This document shows, piece after piece, positions 59,092-64,000 of a stretch of 64,000 bases of DNA. A program made the translations under genes and the position numbers. Within the stretch, counting starts at the first letter, position 1; every line of letters starts with the position of its first letter. The DNA is from an uncultured cyanobacterium (lineage in GTDB: Bacteria > Cyanobacteriota > Cyanobacteriia > Cyanobacteriales > Nostocaceae). The DNA lies in NCBI GenBank assembly GCA_963740315.1, contig CAVUDP010000001.1, positions 352,001 through 416,000 on the forward strand, given 5' to 3'. The notes under the pieces were generated by a model. That model saw only the letters and a list, made by a program, of their open reading frames with translations. It made no database searches and was not told where the DNA came from.

Positions 59092-59123
59092 GTAGAAAGA
59101 CGTAGCAGTGCTACGTCTCTACA
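59092..59123. repeat. GTAG-type REP palindrome downstream of miaB
   Basis: GTAGAAAGACGTAGCAgTGCTACGTCTCTAC; degenerate relatives near 35157 and 35325. Confidence 0.7.
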
Positions 59124-59130
59124 TTATTGA

Positions 59131-60492
59131 TTAAACACCAACAGGTTCGCGTACTTCTACTACTTCCCCTGTCAAACTAAACGGACGCACTACGTTAATT
59201 TTCACTTTCACTATCTTCCCTTTTAGCTCGTTAATATCACCCGTGAAGAAGGTAAGACGATTGCCTCTTGTACGCCCCATCACCTGATTCTTATCTTTAG
59301 GATTCTCATCTTCTACCAAAACCTCTTCAATACGTCCCATATATCTTTCCGATCGCTCGGCTGCTTTGACATTTACAAGATGATTCAATCGCTGCAATCG
59401 ATCGCTTTTAACTTCTTCGCTCAATTGTTCTTCCCACTCCGCAGCTGGTGTATTTGGACGCGGTGAATATGCAGCGGTGTTCAACAAGTCAAAACCGATA
59501 TCTTCCGTCAGCTGCATCGTCTTCTGAAACTGTTCTTCTGTCTCTCCAGGAAAAGCAACGATCGCATCGGCACTAATTGAAGCATCTGGCATATACTCGC
59601 GAACTTTATCGATGATTCTACGATACTTTTCATGGGTATAACCCCTTGCCATCCGCTTTAAAACTTCGTTATCTCCCGATTGAAAAGGTATATGAAAATG
59701 TTCGCAAACCTTGGGTAACTCAGCACAAGCTTTAATTAATCTTTCAGTAAAATAACGGGGATGAGAAGTAGCAAATCTGATTCTTTCAATCCCCGGTACA
59801 TCGTGGACGTAATACAATAAATCCGTCAAAGTATTCTCACGGCGACCTTCTGGAGTAATTCCCGGTAAATCTCTTCCGTAAGCGTCAATATTTTGACCGA
59901 GTAAAGTAACTTCCTTATAACCCTGTCTTCCTAACTCTTCCATTTCGGCGCGAATCGCTTCCGGTGTCCGCGATTGCTCCACACCGCGCACCCCAGGAAC
60001 CACACAATAAGTACAGCGTTCGTTGCAACCGTAAATTACATTCACCCAAGCCGAAACCTGACTATCGCGACGCGGTTTGGTGATATCTTCCATAATATGT
60101 ACCGGCTCGGTTGCCACAACTTGAGAGCCACCGTACACTTCATGCAGCAAATCTTTTAAGCGGTTAGCGTGTTGGGGTCCCATAACCAAATCTAATTCTG
60201 GAACCCTTCTTAATAACGTTTCTCCTTCCTGCTGCGCCACACAGCCAGCTACAACCAAAGTTAAATCGGGTTTTTGACGCTTCCGTCTTACTTGTCTGCC
60301 CAGATAAGAATATACCTTTTGTTCTGCATTATCCCGGATAGAACAAGTATTACAAATAACTATATCTGCATCGTATTGGTCTTCGGACCACTCAAAGCCC
60401 ATGTCTTCTAAGATGCCAGCCATGCGTTCCGAGTCGGCTTTATTCATCTGGCAACCCAAGGTCATAATATGGTATTGGCGTTTGGCGATCAT
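59131..60492 (-). CDS. miaB: tRNA-2-methylthio-N6-dimethylallyladenosine synthase
   Basis: [27 protein letters not shown] radical-SAM motif, TRAM domain; ATG 60492 preferred. Confidence 0.97.
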   Translation of the reverse strand: MIAKRQYHIMTLGCQMNKADSERMAGILEDMGFEWSEDQYDADIVICNTCSIRDNAEQKVYSYLGRQVRRKRQKPDLTLVVAGCVAQQEGETLLRRVPELDLVMGPQHANRLKDLLHEVYGGSQVVATEPVHIMEDITKPRRDSQVSAWVNVIYGCNERCTYCVVPGVRGVEQSRTPEAIRAEMEELGRQGYKEVTLLGQNIDAYGRDLPGITPEGRRENTLTDLLYYVHDVPGIERIRFATSHPRYFTERLIKACAELPKVCEHFHIPFQSGDNEVLKRMARGYTHEKYRRIIDKVREYMPDASISADAIVAFPGETEEQFQKTMQLTEDIGFDLLNTAAYSPRPNTPAAEWEEQLSEEVKSDRLQRLNHLVNVKAAERSERYMGRIEEVLVEDENPKDKNQVMGRTRGNRLTFFTGDINELKGKIVKVKINVVRPFSLTGEVVEVREPVGV

Positions 60493-60843
60493 TGGTAATT
60501 CGTTTGAGTATGTAGGATTTACAGATTTCACGATCAATTTTAATAAAGTAATTTAGGTAAATAAAACTATCTATACTTATTTGTATCCTAGTTATATTAG
60601 CAGGGCTATTTTCAGCCAGCGGCTCCAGCATCTTTAACTGGGACTGGTATTTTAACAATTATCGCGCTCGCTTTCTGGTTAAAATAATTGGTCGTCGGGG
60701 CGCACGAATATTTTACATGGTTTTCGGGTTGTTTCTCGTTGGCTTGGGAACTGCTCTTAGGAACGCTAATACGTAAAGTTATTTCATGCATGCTACAACA
60801 AATTACAAAACTTGTTCGTAGTCAGCGATTTATCGCTCAAATC

Positions 60844-61408
60844 ATGGAATATATAGCTGATGAAAAGATACCCGAAAATATCAATCAATGGAATTGCACG
60901 GAATCCGATTACCGCAATTTTAAGAAAACCGATTGGGTGCTGACAGAAAAGATTCACGGTGCTAATTTTGGGATTGTAACGGATGGCTTGGAAGTTAGAT
61001 TTGCCAAAAGAAAGCAATATCTAGATTCCTCTTAAGATTTTTTTGACTATAAGTTGTTGCAGGATGAATTAATTTTACAAGCTTGGGAAATCGCTACCAT
61101 CAAGCGCAAAATGGATTTATCAAAATCAAAATTAAGAATTGAGCTTTGAAGATGAATTATCTCAAGAAATGCTTGTTTTGGTAACTGTGACGAGATTAAA
61201 TAATGTAATTTCTAAATTCGGTAGAGTTACAAATCAAGATATAGAGAAACAACAGCAACTCGTAGATTTATTAGTAAAAGATGTTATAGAAAGCTTTAAC
61301 GAAGAGTATGCAAGTATTCTTAATGCTTTATTGCCCTCAATTGTGAATAATATAATGGTAGAGTTACATCAAGCGTCGCGAAAGTTAATGAATGATTATT
61401 TTAGATAA
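60844..61408 (+). pseudogene. Rnl2-family RNA ligase remnant (premature stop and large internal deletion)
   Basis: Motif I WVLTEKIHGANF, motif Ia FAKR, stop at 61033-61035; C-domain VT.TRLNNVISKFG...LLVKDV; motifs III-V absent. Confidence 0.75.
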
Positions 61409-61465
61409 CCATTATTCAACGATTAGTTTCGACATGATATTTTTGGCTTTACCACCGCAGTTCAC

Positions 61466-64000
61466 ATGAGTAAGTTAGTCGTCATCCATCTGGGACACGG
61501 TGACTTAGAAAAAGGATTCGAGCAAGTAACCGCTCAATTATGGGAAGTTGGTGATTCTATAAGGGAACAATTTATCGGTTCGTTACCTCCTGCACCTGAT
61601 TTAGCTGAGATTTATCAAAAATGGCAACTTAGTTATCTGAGTTTGTGTACTCGTTTGCGTTCTGATGTCGATGATGACTACTTGGAAATTGATGCTGCTG
61701 GGATTACCAATGTTTCCGACATCAGCTTTAATGAGTTAGGTCAAGAATTACGACAATATTTGAATAATTGGTTTAAATCTGTAGAGTTTCTTAATATTGA
61801 TCGTAAACTGCGCTCGGCATTAAACCCTACAGAAGAAATACAAGTAATTATTGAGACTAATAATATATTTGTGCGGCGATTGCCTTTGTATTGCTGGGAT
61901 TTTTTTGATGATTATCCTAAAGCCGCAATGGCTCTTTCTCAACTTGAATATCAACACATTGCAAGCTCAAGATTGCCAAAATTTCCCCGACAAAAGGTGA
62001 AAATTTTGGCTGTTCTAGGCAACAGTCAAAATATTGATTTGGAAGCGGAAGCTAAATTTCTCGAAAACTTGCAAGATGCACAAGTTGAGTTTCTTATCAA
62101 ACCTTCACGGGCTACATTCAATAACTACCTTTGGGATTCAGAAGGTTGGGATATTCTGTTTTTTGCAGGTCATAGTAAAACCGAAGGGGAAACGGGTCGA
62201 ATTTATATTAATGAAAATAATATAGATAATAGCTTAACTATTGAACAGTTAAAAGAAGCTCTCAAGCAAGCAATTGGCAAAGGTTTAAAGTTAGCAATTT
62301 TTAATTCCTGTGATGGTTTGGGATTGGCTGATGAATTGCAAAGACTGCATATTCCTACAGTTATTGTCATGCGGGAACCTGTGCCAAATCTGGTTGCTCA
62401 AGACTTCTTTCAATATTTTTTACAATATTTTGCGATCGAGCAACAATATTTATATTTATCAGTAAAACAAGCACGCAAAAAATTACAAGGATTAGAGAAT
62501 AAATTTCCTGGTGCTTCCTGGTTGCCAGTAATTTGTCAAAATCCGGGTGTAGCTCCACCAAGTTGGTTGGATTTGGGTCGTCGTCCCACTAAAATCAGTC
62601 CCTATCGCGGTTTATTTGCTTTCCGGGAAGAAGATGCACGGTTCTTTTTCGGACGAGAAACTTTTACTCAGATGTTGGTGAATGCGGTGCAAAATCAACC
62701 ATTTGTTGCGGTGGTTGGTTCTAGTGGTAGTGGTAAATCTAGCGTTGTGTTCGCTGGTTTGGTAAAGCAACTGCGAGATACTCGAAATTGGCATATTGTT
62801 AACTTTCGTCCGGGTTCCCGACCTTTATTTAATCTTGCAACTGCTCTTGTTTCCCAGCAAGAAGCCCACCTCAGCCGCACCGAACGTTTGCGGGAGATTA
62901 GAAATCTTGCCACCGATTTACAAGATTGCGAGAATGGGTTACGGGATTTTATAGATAATATCCTTTCGGAAAACCCCAATCGTCATTTTTTGCTAGTTGC
63001 TGACCAATTTGAAGAACTTTACACTCTTTGTAGAGACTCACAAGAACGTAAAGCTTTTTTAGATAGATTACTAGAAGCAATAAATAATTCTTCTAATTTT
63101 ACTTTAGTCATCACTCTGAGGGCAGACTTTTTGGGACAGGCGTTATCTTACCGTCCCTTTGCTGATGCTTTGCAGTATGCAGACTTAAAACTTGGTCCGA
63201 TGACCGACTCCGAACTACAAGCTACAGTGTCCAAGCCTGCGGAGTTACTAGGAGTAACAATTGAGGAGAAGCTGACCGAACGCATTCTTTCACAGCTAAG
63301 TCCGGAAAATTTACCTTTATTGGAGTTTGCTTTAACTCAGTTATGGGCAAAACAGCAAGATGCTCAGTTAACCCATGCTGCTTACAATGAAATTGGCGGA
63401 GTAGAAGCAGCATTAGCTCATTATGCCTCGGAAGCATATAACCAGCTTAACTTTGAGGAAAAAGAAAGAGCGCAGCGGATTTTTATCCAACTCGTGCATC
63501 CGGGGCTAGGAACAGAAGATACCCGTCGTGTAGCTACCCGAAAGGAAGTGGGTGAAGAAAATTGGGATTTGGTGACTCGTTTGGCTGATGCTCGTTTGGT
63601 AGTTACGGGATACGACGAGAAAACGAATTTAGAAACCGTGGAAATAGTTCATGAAGCGCTGATTCGCAGTTGGGGACAACTACGAGAGTGGATGCATCAG
63701 GACAGAGACTTTCGCTACTGGCAAGAGCAGTTAAGGGTAGCGATGCTTACTTGGGAAAGTAGCGGTTGTGATGAAGGAGCGCTGTTGCGAGGAAAGCCAC
63801 TTACAGATGCCCAAGATTGGCAGAATCAACGTTTTTTGGAATTGAGTTCAGTGGAAAGGAGTTTTATTCGGTTGAGTGTAAAATTTCGAGAGCGCGAGAG
63901 CAAAAACAAAAAGCGCAGAAGACGATTTACTATTTATGGACTTTCTATTGGCTTGGTTTTAGCCTTGAGTTTGGCGGGGTTGGCTTGGTGGCAATGGCGA
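61466..64000 (+). CDS. CHAT (caspase-like) protease plus STAND-type NTPase, 3'-partial (probably continues into WD40/TPR repeats); missing from the ORF track
   Basis: Hand translation MSKLVVIHLG.GDL..GF...GSLPPAP...WDILFFAGHS...AIFNSCDGL...SPYRGL.AF.E.DA.FFFGRE...GSSGSGKSS...LVADQFEE...LPLLEFAL.QLW...VEIVHEALI..W; TM at the window end. Confidence 0.9.
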   Translation, partial: MSKLVVIHLGHGDLEKGFEQVTAQLWEVGDSIREQFIGSLPPAPDLAEIYQKWQLSYLSLCTRLRSDVDDDYLEIDAAGITNVSDISFNELGQELRQYLNNWFKSVEFLNIDRKLRSALNPTEEIQVIIETNNIFVRRLPLYCWDFFDDYPKAAMALSQLEYQHIASSRLPKFPRQKVKILAVLGNSQNIDLEAEAKFLENLQDAQVEFLIKPSRATFNNYLWDSEGWDILFFAGHSKTEGETGRIYINENNIDNSLTIEQLKEALKQAIGKGLKLAIFNSCDGLGLADELQRLHIPTVIVMREPVPNLVAQDFFQYFLQYFAIEQQYLYLSVKQARKKLQGLENKFPGASWLPVICQNPGVAPPSWLDLGRRPTKISPYRGLFAFREEDARFFFGRETFTQMLVNAVQNQPFVAVVGSSGSGKSSVVFAGLVKQLRDTRNWHIVNFRPGSRPLFNLATALVSQQEAHLSRTERLREIRNLATDLQDCENGLRDFIDNILSENPNRHFLLVADQFEELYTLCRDSQERKAFLDRLLEAINNSSNFTLVITLRADFLGQALSYRPFADALQYADLKLGPMTDSELQATVSKPAELLGVTIEEKLTERILSQLSPENLPLLEFALTQLWAKQQDAQLTHAAYNEIGGVEAALAHYASEAYNQLNFEEKERAQRIFIQLVHPGLGTEDTRRVATRKEVGEENWDLVTRLADARLVVTGYDEKTNLETVEIVHEALIRSWGQLREWMHQDRDFRYWQEQLRVAMLTWESSGCDEGALLRGKPLTDAQDWQNQRFLELSSVERSFIRLSVKFRERESKNKKRRRRFTIYGLSIGLVLALSLAGLAWWQWR

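Larger units (their letters stand above)
1..64000. repeat. HIP1 (GCGATCGC) over-representation throughout the window
   Basis: Many sites, for example 1546, 1690, 2801, 11032, 14222, and overlapping sites near 28993. Confidence 0.9.

Noticed and set aside
62034..63437. Short ORFs listed in the track at 62-63.4 kb
   Set aside because: All overlap the long CHAT-STAND frame starting at 61466.

Overview
Chromosomal window from a filamentous, probably heterocyst-forming cyanobacterium (Nostocales, Rivularia/Calothrix-like). The evidence is abundant HIP1 sites (GCGATCGC), 7-9-nt STRR repeats in intergenic DNA, and susA, invB, psbZ, psb35 and bciB. Most of the window (2.2-53.4 kb) is core genes: ddl, mrdA, potADB, susA, murF, folK, PBP1A, rsmB, invB, psbZ-ribH, tRNA-Gly, a four-gene desC-desA-desB-desD desaturase cluster and bciB. 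There are two accessory zones. One is a toxin-antitoxin cluster at 1-2.1 kb. The other spans 53.6-64 kb around miaB. The most striking item is a four-gene locus at 53625-56508: a small glycine-zipper membrane peptide, an HNH nuclease, a tandem two-domain PspA/Vipp1 (ESCRT-III-like) protein, and a PspA/Vipp1 derivative with two copies of the same glycine-zipper module inserted into it. This is a candidate undescribed ESCRT-III-linked membrane/nuclease system. It is followed by two Uma2 pseudogenes sharing an identical lesion, a PIN TA pair, a decayed Rnl2 RNA ligase and a CHAT-STAND NTPase running off the window. Other notable items are a candidate structured ncRNA (~4.7-4.9 kb), a possibly lipid-anchored cytochrome c6, a hypothetical protein with a phycobiliprotein-like CLRD domain, and NtcA and DIF1 promoter motifs. 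All family assignments were made by eye from recalled motifs; no searches were run.
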